Source: a virus
Length of the DNA stretch: 64,000 nucleotides
Virus record (IMG/VR): IMGVR_UViG_3300032050_000010
Reading direction: 5' to 3' (one strand)
Positions 9,905-20,552 of this stretch are shown in pieces. The notes below the pieces were generated by a model that made no database searches, was not told the origin of the DNA, and was given only the letters and a program-made list of their open reading frames with translations. The position numbers and the translations under genes were made by a program. Position 1 is the first letter of the stretch. Every line of letters starts with the position of its first letter.

Positions 9905-11080
9905 ATGTCTACATTCGCAACAACAGCAAATCCGACACCTTTCGGAGTTTTTGACCTCGAATCTGACTTCATAACAGAAGCAGACAAGATGATTGTGTTC
10001 GTCAAGCGTCGTCTTGGCGATGACATCTTATCTGTTGAGCTAACCAAGAAGCAGATCTGGGCGAACTTTGAGGAAGCATGCTTTGAGTACGGTTCAATTC
10101 TTAATCAGTACCAAGCAAAAAGCCAGCTTGTCAACTGGCTTGGCTATGCTACAGGAACGCTGTCGGGATCAGAACAATTATACCCACGTGAAAGCCTTGA
10201 GTTTCTAACACGCTTTGCAGAACCCTACGCATCTGAAGCAGATGTCGGCGGAGCCTACAATCAAATCTCAGGATCTATACCACTTGAAGTAGGACGTCAG
10301 GATTACGACATCTATACAGAGCTTGTAGACAGCACTAACACACCAGTCATTAACTCAGCTCTAAACACCATGGGTGGTAAGATGAGGATTAGTGAAGTAT
10401 TTCACTTTTCACCACAGGCTGCATACCGCTTCTTCGACACGACCTCAGCTATTAACTACTTGAATAATGCTTTCTCATTTGAATCGTTCACGCCTGAGAC
10501 GATCTTCTACGTGCTCCCAGTGTTTGAAGACATTCTCAGAGCAGGTCAGCTTGATCTCTCAAATCGTGTTCGACGCTCAAATTACTCCTACAAGATCATT
10601 GGTACTAAGATAAGAATTTATCCTTTACCAACCCAGAATACTTTTCCAATGCCACGCCTGTTCATACGCGTAAAGTTCATGCAAGATCCACTAAATCCGG
10701 CTTTTAGTGATAGATCGATCTACGGCGTGTCAAACTTGTCAAATATCCCCTTTGGTAACTTGCAGTTCAATCGTATCAACTCAATTGGCAGGCAGTGGAT
10801 CCGACAATACACGCTCGCGTTATCGATGGAGACACTCGGGTACATCCGTAGCAAGATGGGCACACTTCCAGTACCAGGCGGCAACGTCACCTTGAACGGC
10901 TCTGACCTCGTCTCAAAGGGTCGAGAAGATAGGAAAGAGTTCATCACAAAGTTGAAAGAGATGCTCGACACTATGACCTACGACAAACTGATCGAGCAGC
11001 AAGCGACCAGGTCAGAAAACTTGAGCAAGCAGTTGAAGTTTATACCACCGCCTAACGGCAAAGCAATCTTCACGGGGTGA
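9905..11080 (+). CDS. Neck/head-tail adaptor, T4 gp13-like
   Basis: RRLG...VELT, WIRQYTLALSMETLGYIRSK, VPGGNVTLNGSDL; synteny after MCP. Confidence 0.8.
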   Translation: MSTFATTANPTPFGVFDLESDFITEADKMIVFVKRRLGDDILSVELTKKQIWANFEEACFEYGSILNQYQAKSQLVNWLGYATGTLSGSEQLYPRESLEFLTRFAEPYASEADVGGAYNQISGSIPLEVGRQDYDIYTELVDSTNTPVINSALNTMGGKMRISEVFHFSPQAAYRFFDTTSAINYLNNAFSFESFTPETIFYVLPVFEDILRAGQLDLSNRVRRSNYSYKIIGTKIRIYPLPTQNTFPMPRLFIRVKFMQDPLNPAFSDRSIYGVSNLSNIPFGNLQFNRINSIGRQWIRQYTLALSMETLGYIRSKMGTLPVPGGNVTLNGSDLVSKGREDRKEFITKLKEMLDTMTYDKLIEQQATRSENLSKQLKFIPPPNGKAIFTG

Positions 11081-11083
11081 TGA

Positions 11084-11749
11084 ATGGCACGCCTCTTTGT
11101 AACAGAGCGAGAGCTTAACTTTATCAACGACATCATGAAAGAAGTTGTCAAAGATGTCATAGGCCAGAAGATCTACTACTATTCAATCTCAGAGATCAAG
11201 TCAAGAGTGCACGACGTCTACGAAGAGGCACCCAACAAGATCTTTGAGAACCCAATAGAGATCGATGCACTTGTCAAGTACTCAGGTCAAGAGGTAAAGA
11301 CGAATCGATTTGGGTCGGAAGAATACTACAACATCGAGTGCTACATCCAAGAAAGAGATCTGATTGACAAGCAGATAGATGTTAGAGAGGGTGACTTTTT
11401 CTCATATGGCGAGACATTCTTTGAAATAATCAAGGCACCTAGATCTGACGTCATTTTTGGTCAAATCGAGCACAAAAGTTACGTGACAGTGTCGGGTAAG
11501 CAGGCACGTAAAGGACAATTTATCACCAAAGTTTTTGGCCCAACATCAGAAGCATACTCAGATCCAGATGCCGTACAGACAACCTTTGTTCAGCAACGTG
11601 GATTTGAAGAGAACAGGCTTGGAAAGACAGGCGATGTTCGAGATCTACAGAGGACAGGTGTGTTGGACGCTCCGCTTACCGGACCTGCTGAGGTGTCACC
11701 ATCCGGCGATCCAGAGAACGTAGGCTCAGCATTCTACGACGAGACATAA
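11084..11749 (+). CDS. Head closure/neck protein, gp14-like
   Basis: IGQKIYYY, DVYEEA, VREGDF; position. Confidence 0.65.
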   Translation: MARLFVTERELNFINDIMKEVVKDVIGQKIYYYSISEIKSRVHDVYEEAPNKIFENPIEIDALVKYSGQEVKTNRFGSEEYYNIECYIQERDLIDKQIDVREGDFFSYGETFFEIIKAPRSDVIFGQIEHKSYVTVSGKQARKGQFITKVFGPTSEAYSDPDAVQTTFVQQRGFEENRLGKTGDVRDLQRTGVLDAPLTGPAEVSPSGDPENVGSAFYDET

Positions 11750-11750
11750 G

Positions 11751-12947
11751 ATGGCAGATAAAATAAAGACAGGATATGAAGGCACCAACGTCCCGGACGA
11801 TTTTTCTATTCCTCCCGTTGGAATAGAAGATATCGATCGTGCAATTTTTACCCTGTTTGACAAGAAGCTGGCATTCGAGACAAAAGTTAATAATCAGACA
11901 ACACGTGTTCCTGTCATCTTTGCGTCAGGTGAACGTTTTGCTCTGACACGCCGTGACAATCCGCTGCGTGACAAGAACAACACACTGATCTTACCACTGA
12001 TCTCAATAAAGCGCGGTGCTATTGGACACAAGACGCAGGCTGACGTCTTTGGCACAGCAATTAGCATTAGGCAGACAGGCGACTACTACATAAAGAAGAA
12101 GTTAGATGCAGGCGATCGTGACTACCAGAAACTGGTCAACAATCTCAATTTGATGAACCAGAAGGATGTTGCGACAAGGAGCCACATCTCTGACACGTCA
12201 ACAACACCGGGCACACAAGCTGTTGAAGGCACAGTTGCGTCGCGTCGCCAAGGCCCACCTCTGTCATTTAGAAGCACGTCAAAATATACTCCACTTTCTA
12301 ATGATCTCACTAACAACATCTATGAGTTTATTACTGTACCTTATCCAAAGTTTGTAGGCATCACATACAACGTCATTTTTTGGACGCAGTACATGCAACA
12401 GATGAACCAGCTGATCGAGTCTCTGATGATGAAGTTTAGTGGCCCATCACCCGAGTTTCTACTTGAGACAGACAAGGGTTACACGTTCACAGCATTTGTG
12501 CAAAACACATTCTCCAACTCAGACAACTTGGAAGAGTTCACAAATGATGAGCGTATCATAAAAGTAGGGTTTGACATCAAGGTTCCAGGCTATATCATCG
12601 CCCCTGATCACCCAGGACTGCCCTCACCATTCAGAAGATTTGTCAGTGCACCCCAGATCAACTTTGAGATATGGGAGCAGAATGCTCAACTTGTCAACGA
12701 AGTGCAAGGTAATAAGACAAAAGACAACATCGATAAGTTCACTCTCACAGATGTAGAAGTTCTCAATAAGAATGGTCAGCAAGTTGAGAACAGAGGGGCT
12801 GAGCCGCTTCGTGTCATCGAGAACGTCACTAATCCCTTCTCAGGTCAGCAGCAGCCTAAATACTTAAAGGTGACGTCAAGAGTTGCAAAAGCAGGTGAAA
12901 CAATACTTACGGCGCAGAAGATCCGTAAGATAGATACTCTCGACTGA
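11751..12947 (+). CDS. Tail completion/terminator protein, gp15-like
   Basis: IEDIDRAI, VPVIFASGERF, LPLISIKR, ITYNVIFWTQYMQQMNQLIE; precedes sheath. Confidence 0.65.
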   Translation: MADKIKTGYEGTNVPDDFSIPPVGIEDIDRAIFTLFDKKLAFETKVNNQTTRVPVIFASGERFALTRRDNPLRDKNNTLILPLISIKRGAIGHKTQADVFGTAISIRQTGDYYIKKKLDAGDRDYQKLVNNLNLMNQKDVATRSHISDTSTTPGTQAVEGTVASRRQGPPLSFRSTSKYTPLSNDLTNNIYEFITVPYPKFVGITYNVIFWTQYMQQMNQLIESLMMKFSGPSPEFLLETDKGYTFTAFVQNTFSNSDNLEEFTNDERIIKVGFDIKVPGYIIAPDHPGLPSPFRRFVSAPQINFEIWEQNAQLVNEVQGNKTKDNIDKFTLTDVEVLNKNGQQVENRGAEPLRVIENVTNPFSGQQQPKYLKVTSRVAKAGETILTAQKIRKIDTLD

Positions 12948-12997
12948 GCATTTAGAAGTTTGACAGGATAGTTATATTCGGCTTTGAAGTCGGAGTA

Positions 12998-15900
12998 ATG
13001 ATGGCAGAGACAACTTTTAGGTCGCCTGGGTTCTTTGAGCAAGAGATTGATTTATCATCTCCCGCAACACCAGGCGTATCGGGCGTTCCAGTCGGTGTGA
13101 TTGGAACAGCAGAAATCGGCCCTGCGTTCGTCCCAGTGACGGTGGGCAATGCAGCACAGCTTCAGCAAGTTTTTGGCGCTCCCCGCGCATCTGACGTAGG
13201 CCTACAGGGGGCCAGTCAGTACCTACAGAACGGCACAGCGCTTACATTCGTCAGAGTGCTTGGATGCGGCGCGAACTCAACAACATCAGATTTTTCAACA
13301 ACTACAGTACAGGGAACGGTTAAGAACGCGGGCTTCTTCATCAAGGGAACGACACCCGCTGTTGGCACAGATGCACGCCACAAAGGTGCGGTTCAATATA
13401 TCACGGCAAAACACTGGGTGTCAGCATCAGCAGATGTGGGTTACCCAATCTTTACAGACAACAACAGCTTCAGCGTCGCATCTGGCGACAACTTTGTCAA
13501 CTTAGTTCGCGGTATGGTGCTCCTTGCATCGGGCACGCGCCTGCAGGTTCTTGACTACAATCAAAACTATTCTGTTGCAAACGCAGTTGATGATAACGCG
13601 ACAATTGACGGCACACTAAGCAGCAATCTCTATAGAAAGTTCAAGCTTGTCATCTCTAGCTCCTCACCTTCATTCTCTACGGGTGATGGTCAGACGGGCA
13701 TCAGGATCTTGACAGCATCGCTTGATCCTGCTGATACAGCCTACATTGGCAACATACTCAACACTGATCCTGCGCGTTTTGAGACAGAAGAGCATCTGCT
13801 TTACGCCGACTTCCCCGTCGAGGCTGAGGTTGCAATCACATCGACTGACAGTGGTGCGGTCGCAGTCCTGTCGGGATCTGCAAACACGTCAGCTGCGTCA
13901 GGTGACACCTCACAAACCTTTAGAGATGCTTTTGGCAGATTTGATACCCGGTATTCATCTGCGAAGACGACATACTTCATCTCACAGCCTTATGGCTCAA
14001 GTGAATATGATCTCTTCTACTTTGAAACTCTGAATGATGGTGCAAACACATCACAGAAGTACAAGGTATCAATCAGCACACTCGCTAAGTCAAGTGATCC
14101 TGCAAATCCATACGGAACATTTACAGTTCAGGTTCGTGATTTCTACGACACTGATAAAAATCCTGTCATCCTTGAGCAGTATCCTAACTGCACACTCGAT
14201 CCTAACGACGATGACTATGTTGCGAAGCGCATCGGTGATCAAAAGTCATTCTTTAGTTTTGATGCACTCTCAGCTGAAGAGCGCAAGTCTTACACATCGG
14301 GAACAAGAACAAATGTGTCAAGTCGTGTAAGAGTTGTCATGCACCCAGACGTCGAAGCAAAGCGTGTACCATCTGATGCTCTGCCATTCGGCTTTAGAGG
14401 CTTGCCAGTTGCCAAGACAACAGACACACTCACTGATGGAACGTCTGGTTTAAGCGGCTTTGGAATAAACACAGCCCGCCGTCTTGCTGGCGTCTTCGGT
14501 ACAGCAGGCCTTGAGGCACACACAGGATCAATTCTTCCACCCGTTCCTCTGCGTTTCAAGGTGACAACAAATGCAGTTGATGCTGCAGGTGGTTATGTTG
14601 GTAAACCAGGTGCGCTGGAGATCACAGACGCGTCATACTACTGGGGCATCAAGTCAGAGGCACTTCCCCTGACATCTAGCGTCTCTAACGCAATCTTGCG
14701 TTCTAATGACAGCTCGCTGTTCAATCCTTTGCTCACTTCCTACAGTAAGTTGCTCGGAATTCAGAAGCTTGATGTCCTGGTCACAGGATCATCAGCGGAC
14801 GCATTCTCGAATAACAAGTTTACATTGGCTCGAGTCGCACTCAATAATTCGCTTGGCGGCCGCACACTCGTAAATGCTCTTGCAGATATCACAGGAACAG
14901 CAGAGCAACACATGCTGGAGACAGCTTACATACGCAACGGTGTTGTTAATCCAACAAACTACACGGTTCAACCTGCAACTGAGGGTAACAGGTTGACATT
15001 TGCGTCTCTCTACGCAGTGACTTCATCCATCTACTTCAACAAGTTCACAAACTACGCAAAGTTCACCAACATCTTCACAGGTGGGTTTGACGGCCTCAAT
15101 ATCCTCGATCCAGACATGAGCAAGATGAACGATCGCTCAACGTCGTCAGAGACAGGCGGTAAGGCAGTCTCCGTGGTCGATATCGGCCTTAACTCTGCAT
15201 ACACGCCCGGCGCCGGTGTCAACAACGGCATTGTGACAGCTTACAGAACAGCTGCAGAGATCCTCACCAACCGGTACGCGTCTAATGTCAGCGTAATTGC
15301 TGCACCTGGTATACGTGATGCTGCAGTTACCAACTATGTCTCTACACTTGTGCAGAACTACGGATTTGCTCTCTACTTGATGGATATCCCAGGTTATGAT
15401 TACAATGGCGTTAGATTGTTTGACGGTGGATCTGAGCACCCCGATGTCCAGCAGACAGGAAACAAGTTTACATCACGCAAGCTGAATAACAACTTCGTTG
15501 CGGTTTACTTCCCAGACATCACGATGCAAGATCAAGGTGGCTCATCCCGGAAGATTAAGGTGCCCGCATCAGTCGCAGCACTGGCAGCTATAGGTTATAA
15601 CGATGCTGTGTCACATCCCTGGTACGCACCTGCAGGTTTCAACCGCGGCGCGCTCAACTTCGTCACATCAACGGCAGTGCGTCTCAACTCTGCAGATCGT
15701 GACTTCCTGTACGACAACAGGATCAACCCAATCACGTCATTCCCAGGAACGGGTTATGTCATCTTCGGACAGAAGACACTGCAAGTTGGAAAATCTGCGC
15801 TTGATCGTGTCAATGTGCGTCGTCTCGTGAATGAAGTGAAGCGCGTCGTCAGCAATATTGCTAGCACATTCTTGTTTGAGCAGAACAACTCAGCAACGCG

Positions 15901-16117
15901 GGCAGCTTTTGTGTCACAGGTCAATCCTGCACTGGCACTTGTCCAGGCACAGCAGGGCATCGAAGGCTTCCGTGTTATCGTTGATGACACCAACAACACA
16001 CAGACAGATGTGATCGCAAATCGTCTAAATGGACGGGTCATCATCATACCCACCCGCGCCGTCGAGTTCATCTCGATCGACTTCATTGTGACAGATAACG
16101 GCGCGAGCTTCGTGTAA
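12998..16117 (+). CDS. Contractile tail sheath protein 1 (gp18-like)
   Basis: FRSPGFFEQEID, GPAFVP, WYAPAGFNRG, RINPI, FGQKTLQ, SALDRVNVRRL, IPTRAVEFISIDF. Confidence 0.95.
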   Translation: MMAETTFRSPGFFEQEIDLSSPATPGVSGVPVGVIGTAEIGPAFVPVTVGNAAQLQQVFGAPRASDVGLQGASQYLQNGTALTFVRVLGCGANSTTSDFSTTTVQGTVKNAGFFIKGTTPAVGTDARHKGAVQYITAKHWVSASADVGYPIFTDNNSFSVASGDNFVNLVRGMVLLASGTRLQVLDYNQNYSVANAVDDNATIDGTLSSNLYRKFKLVISSSSPSFSTGDGQTGIRILTASLDPADTAYIGNILNTDPARFETEEHLLYADFPVEAEVAITSTDSGAVAVLSGSANTSAASGDTSQTFRDAFGRFDTRYSSAKTTYFISQPYGSSEYDLFYFETLNDGANTSQKYKVSISTLAKSSDPANPYGTFTVQVRDFYDTDKNPVILEQYPNCTLDPNDDDYVAKRIGDQKSFFSFDALSAEERKSYTSGTRTNVSSRVRVVMHPDVEAKRVPSDALPFGFRGLPVAKTTDTLTDGTSGLSGFGINTARRLAGVFGTAGLEAHTGSILPPVPLRFKVTTNAVDAAGGYVGKPGALEITDASYYWGIKSEALPLTSSVSNAILRSNDSSLFNPLLTSYSKLLGIQKLDVLVTGSSADAFSNNKFTLARVALNNSLGGRTLVNALADITGTAEQHMLETAYIRNGVVNPTNYTVQPATEGNRLTFASLYAVTSSIYFNKFTNYAKFTNIFTGGFDGLNILDPDMSKMNDRSTSSETGGKAVSVVDIGLNSAYTPGAGVNNGIVTAYRTAAEILTNRYASNVSVIAAPGIRDAAVTNYVSTLVQNYGFALYLMDIPGYDYNGVRLFDGGSEHPDVQQTGNKFTSRKLNNNFVAVYFPDITMQDQGGSSRKIKVPASVAALAAIGYNDAVSHPWYAPAGFNRGALNFVTSTAVRLNSADRDFLYDNRINPITSFPGTGYVIFGQKTLQVGKSALDRVNVRRLVNEVKRVVSNIASTFLFEQNNSATRAAFVSQVNPALALVQAQQGIEGFRVIVDDTNNTQTDVIANRLNGRVIIIPTRAVEFISIDFIVTDNGASFV

Positions 16118-16149
16118 TTGATAGTTAGGAATAAGAGAGGTTTAACGAA

Positions 16150-19119
16150 ATGATCCCAGGCGTATACTCCGGCGAAGTTGACCTAACGGGCGTGACTTCA
16201 ACACCCCCGTCAGGCCCATCTGCAGGTATCATCGGTACGGCACAGTCAGGTCCAGCGTTCGTTCCTGTTGCTGTAGGATCCGTATCTGACTTCAACCGTG
16301 TCTTTGGCGACGCAACAAGCACAAATTTTGGTGCTCTCGCAGGGCAGCAGTACTTTGCCAATGCCGCCTCTCCCGCTTCGGTCACATTCCTGCGCACTTT
16401 GGGAGCCGGTGATGGCCTCAAGAGAAGCACATCAACAGGTCAAGTGACGAATGCAGGTTTTGTTGTAGGTAGCAAGCAGGTTCAAAGCAACGGCGCAGTT
16501 AGCAGAAATATCTCTGCTGTCGATGGTGGCGTCCCAGGCCGGACGTACTTCCTTGGATGTTACATGTCAGAGAGCGCTGGCAGCACAGTCTTCTCTGAGG
16601 CGGGTATCCAGACAAGTCCTAAAGCGCATCCTATACTTCGTGCCGTTGTTCTCGCACCATCAGGTGTAACACTCACATTATCAGGTAATTTTAATACTTC
16701 TAATACACCTGCAGCAACAGCAGCAACAGAAGGCGGCCCAAATGGTGCGCTGACGGGGTCAGTCAGCATCGGCGACTCAACGTTCGTAATGCTGCTAAAT
16801 GGCTACACAGGAACGGTCAATACTATCACGGCCTCGTTTGATCCTGCAAATTCTAATCACTTTGCCGTCAACGCCAGCATCAACCGTAATCCTACAAAGA
16901 TCGAGGAGAAGGGTCACTACCTCTACGCTTACTATGATGTTCCTGCGTCACTTGCAGTTGTGACGGGATCAGGTATCCTTGACGCAGCATCGGCACGTAT
17001 CTTTACAGGACTTGAGGACGCGGCATTCATTACGACAGGCAGCCTCACAAGAGACACAAGCTCAGCAACAACACCCAACTACGAGAACTTTAGCGAGCGG
17101 TTTACACACCCCAAGACACCCTTCGTTGTCTCGCAAGATTTTGGTGGAACAAAGTACGACCTCTTCAGGATACACACACTTGGTGACGGTGCTTACAATA
17201 ACACGCGCTTTGTGTTCAACATCCAGAACATCGTGCCAGGTGTAGACAACGACACATACGGAACGTTTGATCTCGTGCTCTACAGCTATCCTGTAGGTCA
17301 GGTGTTCAACCTCACGCCAGTCGCAGGCGTCGACTTCTCTGGATTGACGCTTGATCCCGACTCACCCAACTACATTGCACTTCGCATCGGTGACCAGAAC
17401 ACGTACTTCGACTTCGACAAGGGCATCACGTCCCAGAAGATCGTCACAGATGGTGACTATCCAGTCATCAATCCCTACATTCGTGTTGAGATGTCTGACC
17501 AGCTCCTCGCAGGTGAAGTTCCAGTCGCTGCGCTCCCCATTGGTCACAGAGGCTACGGACACTTAGTCACATCAGGTAGCGCACTGCTCACAAATCTCTC
17601 TGACACCGCCCGCTTTGCATCAGGTCAGACAGACGTCCTCAAGCGCGTCATTGAGCCACCCATCCCATACCGTAGAAACATCTCAAACGGCGGCGTGGTG
17701 GATACATCACTGGCATGGGGCATCCAGTTCACAGACGTGCCAAGCGTCTCTGACTTTAACTCAACAACAGCTAAGCTGTCCTACATTGACAGTCACACGA
17801 AGTTCTTCCCATCATTTGCTCCCGCAAACATGAACGTCTTCGTTGACAACAATCCCGGCGCAGCAACGACAAATGGTAACGTCCTCGATGTCGACGTCTT
17901 CAACAGCAACTTCTTCTCGCTTGAGAGGATAAAAGTTGTGACAGGTTCAGCGGCGATCAACAATCGTGCTGATAGCTCACAGTGGGCGAATGCAACATAC
18001 GTCAGAAACGGCAACATCTCTCCTGACGCTGCAGCAAAGACACGTGCTTTCCAGGTAGACGACCTCCGCGAGACGGGCAACAGGCAGTTTGCATCGTTCC
18101 TGTTCATCGCCCAGGGTGGCTTCGACGGCACCAACATCTTCAATGCTGACAAGGCAGCGCTCACAAACGACGCCGTCAAGAGAGAGATCGACGACACAGC
18201 AGGTCAAGGTGGAACAGCAGGGCCCACTGTGGCTGCTTACCGCAAGGCAGTCGACATCATGGGCAGCAAGGATGACGCTGACATCACACTCCTGACAATC
18301 CCAGGCATCAGAAACAGTGTCATCACTGACTACGCGATCAGCGCAGTCGAGAACCGCTTTGACACACTCTACTTGATGGACATCGAGGAGCGTGACAGCT
18401 ACAACGTCGTCCTGACAGGCTCTTATGACGGCGCCACAGTGAGCATCACAAATACGATCAACGCCTTCAGCAATCGTGGGCTCAACACATCGTTTGCAGC
18501 AGCATACTTCCCTGACATCAACATTCCTTTCCAGGGATCGACCACACGCGTCCCACCCAGCGTCGGCGTCTTGGGTGCATTTGCTTACAACGACCGCGTA
18601 TCATATCCCTGGTTCGCCCCTGCTGGAGCAAATCGCGGTGTCATCACGACAGTCGGTTCAGCTGCAACGCAGATCAAGCAGGGCACACTCGCTGACTCGA
18701 TCTACGACGCACACATCAATCCCATCCTCGACATCACATCTAACTCCGATCGCAAGCTGGTGATCTACGGTCAAAGGACGCTGCTTGCAAAGGCATCTGC
18801 TCTCGATCGAGTCAACGTCCGTCGTCTTCTGATCACTCTCCGCCGTCAAGTTCGCGCTGTGTCCAATCAGATCATCTTCGAGCCCAACACAGCAGCAACG
18901 CTGGAGCGCTTCAACAGCCTCGTCAATCCCATCCTCGCATCGATCCGCGCGAAGGGTGGCCTCGACCGCTACAAGGTTGTGATCGACTCGACAACCACGA
19001 CTCAGGCCGACATCAACAACAACACGATCCGTGGCAAAATCTTCATCCAACCTACCCGCAGCATCGAGTTCATCGCACTTAGCTTTGAACTTACCAATGC
19101 AGGCGTTACACTCACTTGA
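16150..19119 (+). CDS. Contractile tail sheath protein 2 (gp18-like)
   Basis: PGVYSGEVD, GPAFVP, WFAPAGANRG, YGQRTL, SALDRVNVRRL, QPTRSIEFIALSF. Confidence 0.95.
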   Translation: MIPGVYSGEVDLTGVTSTPPSGPSAGIIGTAQSGPAFVPVAVGSVSDFNRVFGDATSTNFGALAGQQYFANAASPASVTFLRTLGAGDGLKRSTSTGQVTNAGFVVGSKQVQSNGAVSRNISAVDGGVPGRTYFLGCYMSESAGSTVFSEAGIQTSPKAHPILRAVVLAPSGVTLTLSGNFNTSNTPAATAATEGGPNGALTGSVSIGDSTFVMLLNGYTGTVNTITASFDPANSNHFAVNASINRNPTKIEEKGHYLYAYYDVPASLAVVTGSGILDAASARIFTGLEDAAFITTGSLTRDTSSATTPNYENFSERFTHPKTPFVVSQDFGGTKYDLFRIHTLGDGAYNNTRFVFNIQNIVPGVDNDTYGTFDLVLYSYPVGQVFNLTPVAGVDFSGLTLDPDSPNYIALRIGDQNTYFDFDKGITSQKIVTDGDYPVINPYIRVEMSDQLLAGEVPVAALPIGHRGYGHLVTSGSALLTNLSDTARFASGQTDVLKRVIEPPIPYRRNISNGGVVDTSLAWGIQFTDVPSVSDFNSTTAKLSYIDSHTKFFPSFAPANMNVFVDNNPGAATTNGNVLDVDVFNSNFFSLERIKVVTGSAAINNRADSSQWANATYVRNGNISPDAAAKTRAFQVDDLRETGNRQFASFLFIAQGGFDGTNIFNADKAALTNDAVKREIDDTAGQGGTAGPTVAAYRKAVDIMGSKDDADITLLTIPGIRNSVITDYAISAVENRFDTLYLMDIEERDSYNVVLTGSYDGATVSITNTINAFSNRGLNTSFAAAYFPDINIPFQGSTTRVPPSVGVLGAFAYNDRVSYPWFAPAGANRGVITTVGSAATQIKQGTLADSIYDAHINPILDITSNSDRKLVIYGQRTLLAKASALDRVNVRRLLITLRRQVRAVSNQIIFEPNTAATLERFNSLVNPILASIRAKGGLDRYKVVIDSTTTTQADINNNTIRGKIFIQPTRSIEFIALSFELTNAGVTLT

Positions 19120-19147
19120 TAGATAGTTAAAGATAGGAGAATTTAAT

Positions 19148-19636
19148 ATGGCAGAGACACTCTCAGTCACCGACATGCTTCCCAATAAGTTTGAGCCGAA
19201 GCGTCAGCATCGATGGGTTTTCGCACTTGAGGGTATCGACTCCTACCTCGTGACGAAAGCATCTCGCCCAACTTTCACGGGCGGTGAGATCGCCATCCCA
19301 TGGATCAATAGCACGCGCTACCTTGCAAAGAAGTTCACCTTTGGAACTATCAGCATCACACTTCACGATCCCATTGCACCCTCAGGTGCACAGCAGGTGA
19401 TGGAGTGGTTGCGCACGCACCAGGAGATGGTGAGCGGACGCGCCGGCTATGCTGACTTCTATAAGCGTGACTGCCAGCTCAAGATGATTGATCCAGTCGG
19501 TACAGTCGTTGAGCTTTGGGACTTTAAGGGAGCATTTCTTACAACAGCAACCTATGGCACTGTTGATTACAGCACAGACGAAATCATGAAGATTGATCTT
19601 ACACTTCGATTTGACAACTGCGTTCTCCAGTTCTGA
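19148..19636 (+). CDS. Tail tube protein, gp19-like
   Basis: FEPKRQHRW, LHDPIAPSGAQQVMEW, GYADFYKRD, DPVGTVVELW; follows sheaths. Confidence 0.9.
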   Translation: MAETLSVTDMLPNKFEPKRQHRWVFALEGIDSYLVTKASRPTFTGGEIAIPWINSTRYLAKKFTFGTISITLHDPIAPSGAQQVMEWLRTHQEMVSGRAGYADFYKRDCQLKMIDPVGTVVELWDFKGAFLTTATYGTVDYSTDEIMKIDLTLRFDNCVLQF

Positions 19637-19645
19637 TTTTTATTC

Positions 19646-19674
19646 TTTAACAACGATGATCTCCCACTTATACT
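19646..19674 (+). promoter_or_regulatory. Sigma70-like promoter
   Basis: TTTAAC-N17-TATACT before tail chaperone gene. Confidence 0.55.
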
Positions 19675-19694
19675 TGTAAGTGGGAGATTTTACT

Positions 19695-20552
19695 TTGGCA
19701 CGTAAGAACGAGATTTTTGCCGGTAACCAGGCAACAACACAGAGAGCTGCGCCGATTGAGGGCGTGATGAGGCAAGATGTCTTAAAAGAGCTAGGATGGG
19801 AAGTTCCTGTCGATGTTGCGCCACTGCCATCACAAGGTGTTGTCTACCCAAAGAGTTCTGGATTGCACGGTAAGCAGTCTGTTGAAATTAAGTCAATGAC
19901 GGCAAAAGAGGAAGACATCCTCATGTCGCGTGCTTACAATAAGATGGGAACTACAATCACGGAACTGATTCGTTCTTGTCTTATTGATAAGACTTTCGAT
20001 CCTGCAGATCTTCTAATTGGTGATCGACAAGCGTTGATCGTTGCAATCAGAGTTACAGGTTATGGTCAGGATTATAAGTGTGACGTAAACTGCGGCGCAT
20101 GTGACAAGAGAGGCACAGACACGTTTGACTTAAGCACACTTGAAGTTGAGAATATCAAAGTTGATCCCGTAACACCTGGTGTAAATGAATTTGAAGTTGT
20201 CCTCCCGATCTCTAAGAAGCGCGTTATTATTAAATTTATGACAGGACGCGATGAGGAAGAGCTTTCGACTACAGTAGAACGCCGCCGCAAGATCTTCGGT
20301 GACCAAGCAGAGAATACGATTACGTCTAGATTGGCTCACCAGATCATCAGCATCGATGGTGTGACAGATAAGAATAAGATTAACATGTTTGCTATCAATA
20401 TGCCCGCAAGAGACAGTAAGTTCCTGCGTGACTTCGTTTTAAAGAATGAGCCAGGTTTAAAGATGCGTGTCCCATATAGATGCTCACACTGTGGTGAGAC
20501 AAGCGAGGTGGCCTTACCACTAGGCGCAAACTTTTTTTGGCCTCAAGACTGA
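19695..20552 (+). CDS. Tail/baseplate hub assembly chaperone, gp26-like
   Basis: LPSQGVVYP, MTAKEEDIL, LLIGDRQALIVAIRVTGYG, two CxxC pairs, ends NFFWP; TTG start after GGGAGA (track start 19680). Confidence 0.8.
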   Translation: MARKNEIFAGNQATTQRAAPIEGVMRQDVLKELGWEVPVDVAPLPSQGVVYPKSSGLHGKQSVEIKSMTAKEEDILMSRAYNKMGTTITELIRSCLIDKTFDPADLLIGDRQALIVAIRVTGYGQDYKCDVNCGACDKRGTDTFDLSTLEVENIKVDPVTPGVNEFEVVLPISKKRVIIKFMTGRDEEELSTTVERRRKIFGDQAENTITSRLAHQIISIDGVTDKNKINMFAINMPARDSKFLRDFVLKNEPGLKMRVPYRCSHCGETSEVALPLGANFFWPQD

